A DNA stretch of 59,493 nt from Alphaproteobacteria bacterium (lineage in GTDB: Bacteria; Pseudomonadota; Alphaproteobacteria; Micropepsales; Micropepsaceae). Made by a program: the position numbers and the translations under genes. Shown piece after piece: positions 1 through 10,143 of this stretch (its first letter is position 1; every line of letters begins with the position of its first letter). Below the pieces are notes generated by a model, which was not told where the DNA came from, made no database searches, and saw nothing but the letters and a program-made list of their open reading frames with translations. Location: the NCBI GenBank assembly GCA_027456965.1, contig DAIDUA010000034.1, forward strand, positions 1-59,493, in the 5' to 3' direction.

Positions 1-604
1 CCAGGAAGGCGACCGTGTTGGGCGTGATGGCCTGGTCGAGCGCCGCCGCGTCGCCGAAGGGCCCCACCTTGAAGCCGGGACCGAAGGGGCCGAAGCTCCG
101 CCGCGAGCCGGGGTCCGTCGAGAAGCCGACGATGGCGAGCGTGCGGCCGTGGAAATTGTCGCCGCAGACCACGATCTCGGCGCGATCGGCGGGCACGCCT
201 TTGACCTCGTAGCCCCATTTGCGCGAGACCTTCAGCGCCGTCTCCACCGCCTCGGCGCCGGAATTCATCGGCAGCACCTTGTGCGAATGCGTCAGCGCGC
301 AAAGCTCCTCGTAGAACAGACCGATCTGGTCGTTGCGAAAGGCGCGCGAGGTGATGGTGAGCTTCGCCGCCTGCGCCTGCATCGCCGCAAGAATTCTGGG
401 ATGGCAATGGCCCTGATTGACCGCCGAATAGGACGACAGGCAATCGAGATAGCGCCGGCCCTCCACGGCCAAGACATAAACGCCCTCGCCGCGCGTCAGT
501 ACGACGTCGAGCGGCTTGTAGTTCGAGGCGCCGTACAGCTCTTCGAGCGCGATGAACTCGGCGGTCGAAGCCGGGTGCGGGTTTGGAGAAATCATGCGAT
601 CCAT
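1..604 (-). CDS. rocD: Ornithine--oxo-acid aminotransferase, 5' part (runs off the window)
   Basis: Not in the ORF track. Manual minus-strand translation from ATG 604 (GGAGG RBS upstream) gives MDRMISP...[18 protein letters not shown]...[18 protein letters not shown]...[24 protein letters not shown]...NFHGRT, typical of class III PLP ornithine aminotransferases. Confidence 0.92.
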   Translation of the reverse strand, partial: MDRMISPNPHPASTAEFIALEELYGASNYKPLDVVLTRGEGVYVLAVEGRRYLDCLSSYSAVNQGHCHPRILAAMQAQAAKLTITSRAFRNDQIGLFYEELCALTHSHKVLPMNSGAEAVETALKVSRKWGYEVKGVPADRAEIVVCGDNFHGRTLAIVGFSTDPGSRRSFGPFGPGFKVGPFGDAAALDQAITPNTVAFL

Positions 605-615
605 CCTTTCCTCCC

Positions 616-1500
616 CTATTGCGCGGCGCGCTGCCCCTGTGCGTCGGCGGCACGCGCCCGGTCCAGCCGCAAGGTCATGCAATAGGCGCCGCCGCCCGCC
701 ATGATGAAGGGCGCCAGATCGACGCCGGTGACGGTGTAGCCGCGCTCGCCGAGGATGGCGCGGAGGCCATCGCGCGGCCGGGCCATGACGATCTGCCTGC
801 CCATGTTCACGGCATTGACGCAGAAGCCGGCGGCGTCCTCGTCGCCGGCCTCGATCAGCTTTTCCTTCGGCACCGTGTCGCGGATCGCGGCGAGCGCCTC
901 CCTGGTGAAGGCCGGCGGGTAATAGACGATCTCGCCGCCCGACAGCGCCAGAAAGCAGGTGTCGAGATGATAGAAGCGCGGCGACGCCAGTTCGAGCGGC
1001 ACCACCGGCACATCGAAGAAGTCCTCGGTGACGGCGATCGCTTCGCGCGCGGAGCGCTGGCCGTAGCCCGCCCAGAAATGCTGACGCGCGGCGTCCCAGA
1101 TGCAGTCGCCGGCGCCTTCCTGGAAACAGCCCGCGGGATATTGCTCGACGACTTCAAGCAGGCCGCGCGCCTTGAAACGTTCGAGGGCTTCGAGGAACAG
1201 GCGCTCTTCACCCTGGCGCTCGGGATAGCGGAAGCGGGCGACCAGCGCGCGGCCGTCGAGCACCACGGCGGCGTTGGCCGGGAACACCATGTCGGGCAGA
1301 CCGGGCGCGCCGGGCAGGCGGATCACTTCGGCGCCGGCCTTGACCAGCGCCTGCTCAAGCGCGGCGGAAGCAGCCTGCGCGGCGCGGAAATGGCCGACGC
1401 GGTCCTTCGACCAGGCGTCCGGGGTCATCCAGGGATTGATGACGTAGGAGACTTCGAAATGACCGGCGTCGATCACCAGCAGGGTCGGCTTGCAGGACAT
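616..1500 (-). CDS. Amidinotransferase/DDAH-family guanidino hydrolase (arginine dihydrolase ArgZ N-domain-like)
   Basis: Motifs [30 protein letters not shown] and C-terminal GGGAYCMTL (catalytic Cys). Start moved to ATG 1500 (AGGAG RBS). Stop lies 11 bp upstream of rocD. Confidence 0.8.
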   Translation of the reverse strand: MSCKPTLLVIDAGHFEVSYVINPWMTPDAWSKDRVGHFRAAQAASAALEQALVKAGAEVIRLPGAPGLPDMVFPANAAVVLDGRALVARFRYPERQGEERLFLEALERFKARGLLEVVEQYPAGCFQEGAGDCIWDAARQHFWAGYGQRSAREAIAVTEDFFDVPVVPLELASPRFYHLDTCFLALSGGEIVYYPPAFTREALAAIRDTVPKEKLIEAGDEDAAGFCVNAVNMGRQIVMARPRDGLRAILGERGYTVTGVDLAPFIMAGGGAYCMTLRLDRARAADAQGQRAAQ

Positions 1501-1592
1501 GCGTGCTCCTTGAATCGCGCCTCTTTCCGCCATGGTCGGCCGGTCCGGTGTTAACAAAAAGCCCACAGGATGCTGGAAAACGCCAGAAAATA

Positions 1593-1626
1593 TGTCATTA
1601 TGTCAGAGTAGCTTGACGATTTGATA
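1593..1626. promoter_or_regulatory. Putative Lrp/AsnC operator (inverted pair of 13-mers)
   Basis: TGTCATTATGTCA (1593-1605) and TGACGATTTGATA (1614-1626, reverse complement TATCAAATCGTCA) in the AT-rich divergent intergenic region. Confidence 0.4.
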
Positions 1627-1627
1627 G

Positions 1628-2050
1628 ATGGACGACAAAGACCGCCAACTCATCACCCTGTTGCGCAAGGATGCGCGGCTGCCCGTCGCCACGCTGGCCA
1701 AGGCGCTGGGCGTGTCGCGCGGCACGGCGCAGAACCGCATCAACCGCCTGGTGGCGCAGGGCGCGATCCAGGGCTTCACCATCCGCCTGCGGCCGGAGGC
1801 GGAACCGCCGCGCGTCCGCGCCATCACCATGATCGCGGTGGAAGGCGAGCAGACAGATCGCGTCATCAAGCATCTGCGGGACTATCCCGAGATCGCCGCG
1901 GTGCACACCACCAACGGCCGCTGGGATCTGGTGCTGGAACTCAGCACCGACAATCTGGAAGCCTTCGACCAGGCACTGCGCCGCATCCGGCAGATCAAGG
2001 GCATCGCGGGCTCGGAAACCAGCCTGCTGTTGTCGAGCTATACGATGTAA
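1628..2050 (+). CDS. Lrp/AsnC family transcriptional regulator
   Basis: MDDKDRQLITLLRKDARLPVATLAKALGVSRGT HTH and C-terminal RAM domain (TTNGRWDL); 140 aa. Confidence 0.95.
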   Translation: MDDKDRQLITLLRKDARLPVATLAKALGVSRGTAQNRINRLVAQGAIQGFTIRLRPEAEPPRVRAITMIAVEGEQTDRVIKHLRDYPEIAAVHTTNGRWDLVLELSTDNLEAFDQALRRIRQIKGIAGSETSLLLSSYTM

Positions 2051-2077
2051 TGTCGTGCCGCACTGCCGGGGAATCGC

Positions 2078-3442
2078 ATGAAAACCATCATTGAGCCGTT
2101 TCGGATCAAGACCGTCGAGCCCATTCGCATGACGACGCGCGAGGAACGCGAGCGGCTGCTGGAGGCGGCTGCGTACAATCTGTTTGCGCTGAAGTCGGAC
2201 GACGTGCTGATCGATCTGCTGACCGATTCCGGCACCTCGGCGATGAGCGCGGCGCAGGTGGCGGCGCTGGTCAGCGGCGACGAATCCTATGCCGGCTCAC
2301 CCTCCTTCTTCCGTTTCGAGGCTGCGGTGAAGAACCTGTTCCCCTTCAAGCATGTGCTGCCGACCCATCAGGGCCGCGCTGCCGAAGCGATCCTGTTCTC
2401 GGTGCTGGGCGGCAAAGGCAGGAACGTGCCGTCCAACACGCATTTCGACACCACCCGGGCCAACATCGAAGCGAGCGGCGCGGAGGCCTTCGACCTGGTG
2501 ATCGCCGAGGGGCTGAACCCGCGCAGCGAACATCCCTTCAAGGGCAACATGGATGTGGCGCGGCTCGATGCGTTTCTCGCGAAGCACGGCGCGTCGGCGC
2601 CCTGCGTCATGCTGACGGTCACGAACAACGCCGGCGGCGGCCAGCCGGTGAGCCTGGAGAACATCCGCGCCACCGCCGCGACCGCCCACAGGCACGGCAA
2701 GCCCTTCATCATCGACGGCTGCCGCTTCGCGGAGAACGCCTACTTCATCAAGCTGCGCGAGCAAGGCCAGGGGGACCGCAAGGTGGAAGACATCGTGCGC
2801 GACATGTTCCGCGACGCCGACGGCATGACCATGTCGGCGAAGAAGGATGCTTTCGCCAATATCGGCGGCTGGCTGGCGCTGAACGACGATGTGCTGGCGC
2901 AGTCGGCGCGCGAACGCCTGATCCTGACCGAGGGCTTTCCGACCTACGGCGGCCTGGCGGGGCGCGATCTCGACGCCATCGCCCAAGGCCTGAAGGAAAT
3001 CGTCGACGAGGACTACCTCGCCTATCGCCTGCGGACGTCGGCTTACATTGCGGAGCGGCTGGAGGCGTTGGGCGTTCCGACCGTCAAACCCTCAGGCGGG
3101 CACGCGATCTTCGTCGACGCACGGACCTTCCTGCCGCACATCCCGCCGCTCGAATATCCCGGGCACGCGCTAGCCGCGGCGCTGTATCTCGAAGGCGGCA
3201 TCCGGTCCTGCGAGATCGGCACCGTGATGTTCGGGATGCAGAGCGACGGGCACGAACAGGCCGCGCCGATGGACCTGGTGCGCATGGCCATGCCGCGCCG
3301 CGTCTACACCCAGAGCCACGCCGACTACGTCGTCGAGGTGTTCGAAAACATCGCCGCGAAAAAAGATCGCCTGCGCGGGCTGAAGATCACCTGGCAGCCG
3401 CAGCGCATGCGCCATTTCTCGGCGAAGTTTGCGCCGCTCTGA
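2078..3442 (+). CDS. tnaA: Tryptophanase (beta-eliminating lyase)
   Basis: EPFRIK.VEPI, IDLLTDSGT, PTHQGRAAE, PLP lysine motif MSAKKD, EGFPTYGGLAGRD. C-terminal RHF (rather than RFF) favours TnaA over tyrosine phenol-lyase. Confidence 0.88.
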   Translation: MKTIIEPFRIKTVEPIRMTTREERERLLEAAAYNLFALKSDDVLIDLLTDSGTSAMSAAQVAALVSGDESYAGSPSFFRFEAAVKNLFPFKHVLPTHQGRAAEAILFSVLGGKGRNVPSNTHFDTTRANIEASGAEAFDLVIAEGLNPRSEHPFKGNMDVARLDAFLAKHGASAPCVMLTVTNNAGGGQPVSLENIRATAATAHRHGKPFIIDGCRFAENAYFIKLREQGQGDRKVEDIVRDMFRDADGMTMSAKKDAFANIGGWLALNDDVLAQSARERLILTEGFPTYGGLAGRDLDAIAQGLKEIVDEDYLAYRLRTSAYIAERLEALGVPTVKPSGGHAIFVDARTFLPHIPPLEYPGHALAAALYLEGGIRSCEIGTVMFGMQSDGHEQAAPMDLVRMAMPRRVYTQSHADYVVEVFENIAAKKDRLRGLKITWQPQRMRHFSAKFAPL

Positions 3443-3448
3443 GCAGGC

Positions 3449-3479
3449 CCGCGCGGTCATGGTGCGGGTAACCGCGCGG
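3449..3479. terminator. GC-rich hairpin between convergent genes
   Basis: CCGCGCGGT (3449-3457) pairs with ACCGCGCGG (3471-3479) just after the tnaA stop; no clear U-tract. Confidence 0.3.
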
Positions 3480-3544
3480 CGCCCCGGCCCGGCCGCCGCG
3501 GAACGCCGGGAAAACGGCGCCGGAACCAGAGGGCCCGCTTTGCC

Positions 3545-3922
3545 TCAGGTCTGGCGCGTTATCTTGCCTTCCGGCGACACGACAAGGCTGTAGTCCTTAC
3601 CGGCCTTCATGGCCTTCACCACGACGTCGCGGCCATTCGGATGCATGTTTTTGACCGTGCGATAACCCGCCGCTTCGAGAGCATTCAGCGCGTTGACCTC
3701 GCGGTCGCCTATGGTCGCCGTGGGATCCTTCCACGCCGCCTTGCGCAGCATCGAATGCACGGTGTCGCGCGTCATCGCCATCGGCGTCGACTTGTGCAGC
3801 GCGACCTTTTCGATCCTGGGATGCGTCTGCATCCGGATTTTGTCGGCGGGCGTCCCGGCAAAAGCCGCCGTGCCGGCCAGAAGAAGAGCGGATGCGAGCC
3901 CCGTTGCCATATTCCGATTCAT
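3545..3922 (-). CDS. Small secreted hypothetical protein (PepSY-like C-terminus)
   Basis: Start MNRNMATGLASALLLAGTAAFA (Sec signal, GGAG RBS); C-terminal LEAAGY...YSLVVSPEGKI resembles a PepSY fold. Confidence 0.65.
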   Translation of the reverse strand: MNRNMATGLASALLLAGTAAFAGTPADKIRMQTHPRIEKVALHKSTPMAMTRDTVHSMLRKAAWKDPTATIGDREVNALNALEAAGYRTVKNMHPNGRDVVVKAMKAGKDYSLVVSPEGKITRQT

Positions 3923-4108
3923 GGTGTCACTCCTTCGCTTGATGCCGGCACGGGTCCGCGTGCGCGCAGCTCTGCCGGACTGACGTCGAGATAGTCCCGG
4001 CGGATGAAACAGACCTGTCTCGCGCATGAATTAGCGGACAGCCGGCTCGCACGGGTCCTCGACCATGCCGCCCGCGGCGCTGCGCCTTACCCCCGTATCG
4101 GAAACCCC

Positions 4109-4143
4109 TGGCGGGCGAAGCAGGGCTCGAACCTGCGACCCGC
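4109..4143 (-). repeat. Distal att site: degenerate copy of the tRNA-Lys 3' end
   Basis: TGGCGGGCGAAGCAGGGCTCGAACCTGCGACCCGC vs TGGTGGGTGATGCAGGACTCGAACCTGCGACCCGC at 54447-54481: 31/35 identical, same orientation. Confidence 0.85.
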
Positions 4144-4181
4144 CTACCGCGCCGCCTTCACAGCGCGTCGTCGAGGCTCGC

Positions 4182-5357
4182 CTATTGTCTGAACGGCGCG
4201 TCGCCGACGCTCGCGGCGGCATCCACAATCCGTCGATCTATCTTGGCAATCTCGGTGACGCCGGTCAGCGCCATCGCCACGATCATCTCCTTGCGGATGA
4301 TCTCGATCATGCGCGCGACGCCGGCCTCTCCGCCTGCCGCCAAGGCGAAGGCCCATGCCCGTCCGAGCAGGACGCCACGCGCGCCCAGCGCCAGCATGCG
4401 CACGACGTCCAGCCCCGACCGCACGCCGCCGTCGGCCAGCACCGTCAGCCTGTCGCCGACCGCGTCGGCGATGCGCGGCAAGGCGCGGGCGGTCGACGAC
4501 ACGCCGTCCAGCTGACGCCCGCCATGGTTCGAGACGACAATTCCTTGTGCGCCGAGTTTCGCAGCCAGCAAGGCGTCTTGCGGATCCATGATCCCTTTGA
4601 TGATCAGCGTTCCCTTCCAGGTCTCGCGGATCCAGCCGAGGTCGTCCCAGGTGATGGACGGATCGAAATTGGCGCCAAGCCAGCCGATGAAATCCTCGAG
4701 ACCGCTTTTGCCCTTCAGGACCGCCGCGACATTGCCGAGCGTGTGCGGACGGCCGCAGACGCCGACGTCCCATGCCCAGCCGGGCCGCCCGACCGTCTGG
4801 CACATCCGGCGCAGCGCGCCCATGAATTTCGACGACGGGGTCAATCCCGAATGTGCATCGCGATAGCGGGCGCCCGGCACGGGCATGTCCACCGTGAACA
4901 CCAGCGTGTCGCACCCTGCCTCGACGGCGTGCGCCAGGAGTTCGCGCATGAAACCGCGGTCGCGCAGCACATAGAGTTGGAACCAGAACGGCCGCTGCAC
5001 AGCTTTGCGCACTTCTTCTATCGGGCAAGCGGACACCGTCGACAGGCAGAAGGGAATCCCGGCAGCTTCCGCTGCGCGCGCCGCCTGTACTTCACCACGC
5101 CGGGCATAAAGGCCGGAAAGGCCAACCGGACCCAGCGCGACCGGCAGATCCAGGCGCCGGCCAAACAATTCAGCCGACAAATCGATCGCCGAGACATCGC
5201 ACAGCACCCGTTGGCGCAGCGCGATAGCCGCCAGATCGTCGACGTTGCGCGCCAGCGTGACTTCCGCATAGGCGCCGCCGTCGATGTAATCGAACAAGAA
5301 GCGCGGCAACCGGCGACGGGCATGCGTGCGGAGGTCCGAAATCGAGGCAGCGATCAT
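4182..5357 (-). CDS. lldD: FMN-dependent L-lactate dehydrogenase
   Basis: [56 protein letters not shown] 5357 overlaps the kinase stop (ATGA). Confidence 0.92.
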   Translation of the reverse strand: MIAASISDLRTHARRRLPRFLFDYIDGGAYAEVTLARNVDDLAAIALRQRVLCDVSAIDLSAELFGRRLDLPVALGPVGLSGLYARRGEVQAARAAEAAGIPFCLSTVSACPIEEVRKAVQRPFWFQLYVLRDRGFMRELLAHAVEAGCDTLVFTVDMPVPGARYRDAHSGLTPSSKFMGALRRMCQTVGRPGWAWDVGVCGRPHTLGNVAAVLKGKSGLEDFIGWLGANFDPSITWDDLGWIRETWKGTLIIKGIMDPQDALLAAKLGAQGIVVSNHGGRQLDGVSSTARALPRIADAVGDRLTVLADGGVRSGLDVVRMLALGARGVLLGRAWAFALAAGGEAGVARMIEIIRKEMIVAMALTGVTEIAKIDRRIVDAAASVGDAPFRQ

Positions 5358-6775
5358 GCCGTTGCGTCCGTTGTCCGCGCCATCGACCGCCACTGCGCGG
5401 CATAGCCGGAAAGGTCAAAAGGAAGAGGCTTGGTCCGCACCAGCGCCGCATGCGGCGGCAAATCCGGATCGATCAGCCGCAACGCGCCATAAGGTACGCT
5501 GTCGTGCGCATGGGACAGATAGATACTCTGTCGCGGCCGCAGGCTCGCCAGCGCCCGGGCGAATACGGGATCGTCAGCAAAGCGCCCTTCGATGACCAGA
5601 CATTCGGTGGAGCCGATCAGCGCCAGCGAGGTATCGGCCATCAGCGCCAGATAAAGGCCGGCTGCGGCACGGCGCGCCGTTTGATCCGCGGGCCGGTTCA
5701 GCCAGCGGCCTTTGCGGTCCGGGAACGGACCGACGCCCTTTTGAAAGGCCGGCAGAGCCATTGCCCCCTGTTCGACCATGCGCCGGGCAAGATCGAGGAG
5801 AACGCTTTCGTTCGCTTTCGGATCGATGGGCGCGTCCGTGGCCTGTTCCAGAATCTCGGCCTCACGCCCGCCCATGAAGCGCGCCGACGGCACCGGATTT
5901 CCGTAGACATCCACGTTGACAAGGCAATCGCGGGCCTCGGGAAACGACGACAGATCGAACTTTGCGCCCGCGGCGGCCGAATGCATCGCAACGAACCATG
6001 TGCCGGTGGAAAGAACGGTGCAGTCGCGGCCGCGGGTTTCGCCATGTCCGCGCGCGGCCAGCAGCGCGGCGTTGCTGTCGTGCAGGCCGCACAGCACCAC
6101 GCAGTTCTTCGGCAAACCGCAGCGCGTTTGCCATTCCTCGGTGACCGGGCCGAGGACATCGGCCGCACGGCGCAAGGGCGCGAAGCGCTTGGCCCATCCG
6201 CGCGCGACCGCCATGGGCGAGGGACAACCTTCTACCGGCATCCACAGATCGGTATGACACCCGAGGCTGGTGATCTCCGTTGCGGCGACACCGCACAACC
6301 GCCAAGCCCAAAACTGCGGCCAGGTGAGAATAACGCCGCGGCATGCTTTCTGCGGCGCGACCGCTTCCAGCCAATGCAATTGCGCGCCGAGATTGAGGCC
6401 TGCAGGCAACGCCGGAGAACCGGTGTGCGCAAAAGAGTCTCGTTGCGCCAGATAAGCGGCGCGCGTCTCCGCCGGCAACTCGGTTTCATAGTCCAGAGGT
6501 GCAAGCCGCAGAGCGTCACCGTCAACGATGCAAGCGGCCGCACCGTGGCCAACCGGAACGATGGCGGAGATATGTCCCTTCTCGGCGACTGCCCGAAGCG
6601 TTTGGGCAAGCCAGGCATCGATGCCCGCGACATCGAGACAGGGGTAGCCCTGGTCCGAGACGGCCCGCGCATTTGGACGCACGTGCCGGTCCTCGAGCCG
6701 CCCGTCAGCGGACCAAATCGTCAGCTTTGCCAGGGTTTTCCCGACATCCAGAACGGCGATGCGACCTTTTAGCAC
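5354..6775 (-). CDS. rhaK: FGGY-type sugar kinase (rhizobial RhaK-type L-rhamnulokinase)
   Basis: [40 protein letters not shown]; GTG start at 6775; rha gene context. Confidence 0.8.
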   Translation of the reverse strand: MLKGRIAVLDVGKTLAKLTIWSADGRLEDRHVRPNARAVSDQGYPCLDVAGIDAWLAQTLRAVAEKGHISAIVPVGHGAAACIVDGDALRLAPLDYETELPAETRAAYLAQRDSFAHTGSPALPAGLNLGAQLHWLEAVAPQKACRGVILTWPQFWAWRLCGVAATEITSLGCHTDLWMPVEGCPSPMAVARGWAKRFAPLRRAADVLGPVTEEWQTRCGLPKNCVVLCGLHDSNAALLAARGHGETRGRDCTVLSTGTWFVAMHSAAAGAKFDLSSFPEARDCLVNVDVYGNPVPSARFMGGREAEILEQATDAPIDPKANESVLLDLARRMVEQGAMALPAFQKGVGPFPDRKGRWLNRPADQTARRAAAGLYLALMADTSLALIGSTECLVIEGRFADDPVFARALASLRPRQSIYLSHAHDSVPYGALRLIDPDLPPHAALVRTKPLPFDLSGYAAQWRSMARTTDATA

Positions 6776-6789
6776 TTCCTGGCCTTTTT

Positions 6790-6829
6790 GCTTTTTGACC
6801 GATTTTGCTCGATATTGATCGAAATAGTC
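6790..6829. promoter_or_regulatory. 10-bp-period direct repeats, candidate DeoR-type RhaR operator
   Basis: GCTTTTTGAC / CGATTTTGCT / CGATATTGAT / CGAAATAGTC in the rhaK-rhaD divergent gap. Confidence 0.5.
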
Positions 6830-6855
6830 AAGACAACACGCCAAGCCAGAAGATC

Positions 6856-7743
6856 ATGACAGCATCACGTACCGCGACGTCCTGGTTCGTCTCCGACATG
6901 GTCAAGATCACCACGGACATGTGGCTCAAAGGCTGGGACGAACGCAACGGCGGCAACATCTCGTTTCGCCTCCACGATCGGGATGTGGAGCCTTATCTGG
7001 CGGAATGGCGGGAGCCGCGCGTTCTTCCGCTCAGCGATCCGCTGCCGGATCTCGCCGGCCAGTATTTCCTGGTCACCGGCTCGGGAAAATATTTCCGCAA
7101 TATCCAACTCGACCCGGAGGCCAATCTCGGCGTCATCCGCGTCCTGCCGGGCGGCAACGCCATCGAGGTCTCGTGGGGCTATAGCGACGGCGGCGTACCC
7201 ACCTCCGAACTGTCGGCGCACCTGAAATCCCACCGCGAGCGCCGGCGCGCGGCTTGTGGAGACAGGGGGGCCATCGTCCATTGCCACGCCACCAATCTGA
7301 TCGCGCTGTCTTATGTGCTGCAATTCAGCACCGAAAACGTCACCCGGGCCCTTTGGGAAGGAAGCACCGAATGCCTTGTCGTTTTTCCGGAAGGCATCGG
7401 CACGATGGAATGGATGGTGCCCGGTACGACGAGCATTGGCGACGCAACGGCGGAAAAGATGAAGAAGCATCCCCTGGTGCTCTGGCAATTCCACGGCGTA
7501 TTCGGCAGCGGCCGAACGCTTGATGAGGCGTTCGGCCTGATCGACACGGCGGAAAAGTCCGCCGAAATACTGGTGAGACTCATCGCCATGGGCGACGCTC
7601 GGCACACGATTTCGACGCAGAACCTGCTCGCCCTAGCCAAGCACTTCAACGTGACGCCGCTCGCCTCGGCGATGGCGCTGGACGGCTGGCAGATGGCCGG
7701 TGTTTCGGCTCCGACGGTTCGCGGTCTGCGGCGCAGGGCCTAG
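6856..7743 (+). CDS. rhaD: L-rhamnulose-1-phosphate aldolase (enterobacterial RhaD type, class II)
   Basis: [65 protein letters not shown]. Confidence 0.92.
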   Translation: MTASRTATSWFVSDMVKITTDMWLKGWDERNGGNISFRLHDRDVEPYLAEWREPRVLPLSDPLPDLAGQYFLVTGSGKYFRNIQLDPEANLGVIRVLPGGNAIEVSWGYSDGGVPTSELSAHLKSHRERRRAACGDRGAIVHCHATNLIALSYVLQFSTENVTRALWEGSTECLVVFPEGIGTMEWMVPGTTSIGDATAEKMKKHPLVLWQFHGVFGSGRTLDEAFGLIDTAEKSAEILVRLIAMGDARHTISTQNLLALAKHFNVTPLASAMALDGWQMAGVSAPTVRGLRRRA

Positions 7744-7860
7744 CCGAATCCGCGCCACAGGCCTCACAATAACCCTACCGTAAGCCTAGGTTTTCGCAGC
7801 GCATTCGGGGCCCCGATTGGCCATGTGAAAAGAAGGTAAGCGAGCGTTCCGCAGTTGTTT

Positions 7861-7899
7861 TTGAATGATTTTGGCATATTATGATCGAATTGATGAAAT
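7861..7899 (+). promoter_or_regulatory. ~10-bp-period direct repeats upstream of rhaEW, candidate RhaR operator
   Basis: TTGAATGATT / TTGGCATATT / ATGATCGAA / TTGATGAAAT in an AT-rich patch. Confidence 0.45.
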
Positions 7900-7973
7900 T
7901 AAAGGTGCAACCCGGCGGGAGTCGGGCGCCAACGCTCGCAATAAGGCGCTTCAGGCAGACAAAGGCAGTTCCT

Positions 7974-10058
7974 ATGGCATATGCAAATCCGTTCGATATT
8001 CCCCAATCCCGCTGGTCGGACAAAGCCGCTGCATCGCTCAGCCCCGAGCAACGGCTGCTATACCGGTCCAACCTGTTGGGAAGCGATCTGACGATCACCA
8101 ATTTCGGTGGCGGCAACACCTCCGGCAAGATCGCGGCCAAGGACCCGCTGACCGGCGAGACGACGCGCGTCCTGTGGGTCAAGGGCTCCGGCGGCGATAT
8201 CGGTTCCATGAAGCTCGACGGCTTCGCCACGCTCTATCTCGACAAACTGCTCCAGCTTGAAAAATTGTATCGTGGTGTCGAACACGAAGACGAAATGGTG
8301 GGTTACTTGCCCCACTGCACCTTCAACCTCAATCCACGCGCCGCCAGCATTGATACGCCGCTGCACGCCTTTCTTCCCTTTGCAGACGTCGATCACGTCC
8401 ACCCCGATGCCGTGATCGCCCTGGCCGCGTCCTCAAGCGGCCGCAGCGCCACGGAGGAAATCTACGGCAAGGAAGTCGGCTGGCTCGAATGGAAGCGGCC
8501 GGGCTTCGAACTCGGATTGCGTCTGCGGGACCACGTTGCGAGATATCCCGGCCTGCGCGGCATCGTGCTGGAAAATCACGGCTTGATCTGCTGGGGCAAC
8601 GATTCCAAAACCTGCTATCTGAACACGATCGACCTCATCGCCCGCGCGGCCCGTTATCTGAACGAGAAGATGGCCGGAAAAGACGCTTTCGGCGGTCAAA
8701 CCGTCGTCCCGCTCGGCGCCGACGGGCGCGCCAAGGTTGCCGCCCAACTGATGCCGCGTCTGCGTGCGCCGATGAGCCAGAAGCAGCTCAAGGTCGGACA
8801 TTTCAACGACGAGCCGACGACGCTGGAATTCGTCTGCTCGAAAGATTTCGAGCCGCTTGCGGCACTTGGCACGTCGTGTCCAGACCATTTTCTGCGCACG
8901 AAGATCGCGCCGCTGATGCTCGACCCGGCGAAGGTGCACGACGACGGCTATCTCGTCGAGGCGATCGACAACTACCGCAAAGCCTATGGCGCCTATTACA
9001 GCCGCATCGCGGGCCCAAACGATCCGAAGATGCGCGATCCCAATCCGGTCGTCGTGCTGCTGCCCGGTGTCGGCCGCTTCACCTTTGCCGCAGACAAGAC
9101 GACGGCGCGGCTGGCGGGCGAATTTTACGGTAACGCCATCAACGTCATGCGCGGCGCCACGGCGATCGGGAAATATGTCGGGCTGCCGGAAAAGGAAGCC
9201 TTCGGCATCGAATACTGGCAACTCGAAGAAGCCAAATTGCAGCGCATGCCAAAGCCGAAACCGCTCGTGGGCCGGATCGTCCTGGTCACCGGGGCGGCCT
9301 GCGGCATCGGCCAGGCCGTCGCAGAACGGATGCTGCGCGACGGCGCCTGCGTCATGCTCACCGATCGCGATTCCGAGGCGCTTGAAAGCACGCGGGTAGC
9401 GCTGACAAAGAAGTTCAGCGCAGACGTGGTCCGGGCAATGGTTTGCGACGTTACCGACGAAACCCAGATCCAAGCGGCGTTCGACGGCGTCGCCCGGGAG
9501 TTCGGCGGGCTCGACATCGTCGTCGCTAATGCGGGACTTGCTTCCTCCGCCGCGATCGAAGAGACCTCGATCGATCTCTGGAACCGCAATTACGACGTTC
9601 TGGCCAAGGGCTATTTCCTGACGTCACGTGCGGCGTTTCCGCTGCTAAAGAAGAGCGGAGGCTCGCTGATCTTCATCGGCTCCAAGAATGCAATCGCCGC
9701 GACTCCGAACGCCTCGGCCTATGCCTCCGCCAAGGCGGCGGCGCTGCATCTGGCGCGCTGCCTGGCGCTGGAGGGCGCGCCCTTCGGCGTCCGTGTCAAC
9801 GTGGTGAACCCCGACGCCGTTCTTCGCGGCTCGCGCATCTGGGACGGCAACTGGCGCGCTGAACGCGCCAAGGCTTACGGGGTGGACTCGGGAGCGGCGC
9901 TGGAAGAGCATTACCGGTCGCGCAGCCTTCTCAAGCGCGACGTTCTGCCAGAGGACATTGCCGATGCGGTTTACTTCTTTGCGAGCGACGCCTCGTCAAA
10001 GTCGACGGGCAACATCATGAATGTCGACGCCGGCAATGTGCAGGCGTTCACCCGTTAG
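7974..10058 (+). CDS. rhaEW: Bifunctional rhamnulose-1-phosphate aldolase / short-chain (lactaldehyde) dehydrogenase, RhaEW type
   Basis: YRSNLLGSD..ITNFGGGNTS, ASIDTPLH, DHVHPD, GTSCPDHFLRTK, EYWQLEEAKL, then SDR domain VTGAACGIG, YASAK, VNPDAV. Confidence 0.92.
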   Translation: MAYANPFDIPQSRWSDKAAASLSPEQRLLYRSNLLGSDLTITNFGGGNTSGKIAAKDPLTGETTRVLWVKGSGGDIGSMKLDGFATLYLDKLLQLEKLYRGVEHEDEMVGYLPHCTFNLNPRAASIDTPLHAFLPFADVDHVHPDAVIALAASSSGRSATEEIYGKEVGWLEWKRPGFELGLRLRDHVARYPGLRGIVLENHGLICWGNDSKTCYLNTIDLIARAARYLNEKMAGKDAFGGQTVVPLGADGRAKVAAQLMPRLRAPMSQKQLKVGHFNDEPTTLEFVCSKDFEPLAALGTSCPDHFLRTKIAPLMLDPAKVHDDGYLVEAIDNYRKAYGAYYSRIAGPNDPKMRDPNPVVVLLPGVGRFTFAADKTTARLAGEFYGNAINVMRGATAIGKYVGLPEKEAFGIEYWQLEEAKLQRMPKPKPLVGRIVLVTGAACGIGQAVAERMLRDGACVMLTDRDSEALESTRVALTKKFSADVVRAMVCDVTDETQIQAAFDGVAREFGGLDIVVANAGLASSAAIEETSIDLWNRNYDVLAKGYFLTSRAAFPLLKKSGGSLIFIGSKNAIAATPNASAYASAKAAALHLARCLALEGAPFGVRVNVVNPDAVLRGSRIWDGNWRAERAKAYGVDSGAALEEHYRSRSLLKRDVLPEDIADAVYFFASDASSKSTGNIMNVDAGNVQAFTR

Positions 10059-10143
10059 AACGGACGCCAGCCGACATCGAGGATACGTGTGTCGGCCATG
10101 ATAGGCCGCTCCGACATAACAACAGCGTCAGGAGAGGAATGCG

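Noticed and set aside
2078-3442. Tyrosine phenol-lyase
   Set aside because: C-terminal RHF motif rather than RFF favours tryptophanase; not fully excluded without an alignment.
4109-4156. Second functional tRNA
   Set aside because: Only the T-arm and 3' acceptor strand are present; there is no anticodon arm or matching 5' acceptor strand.
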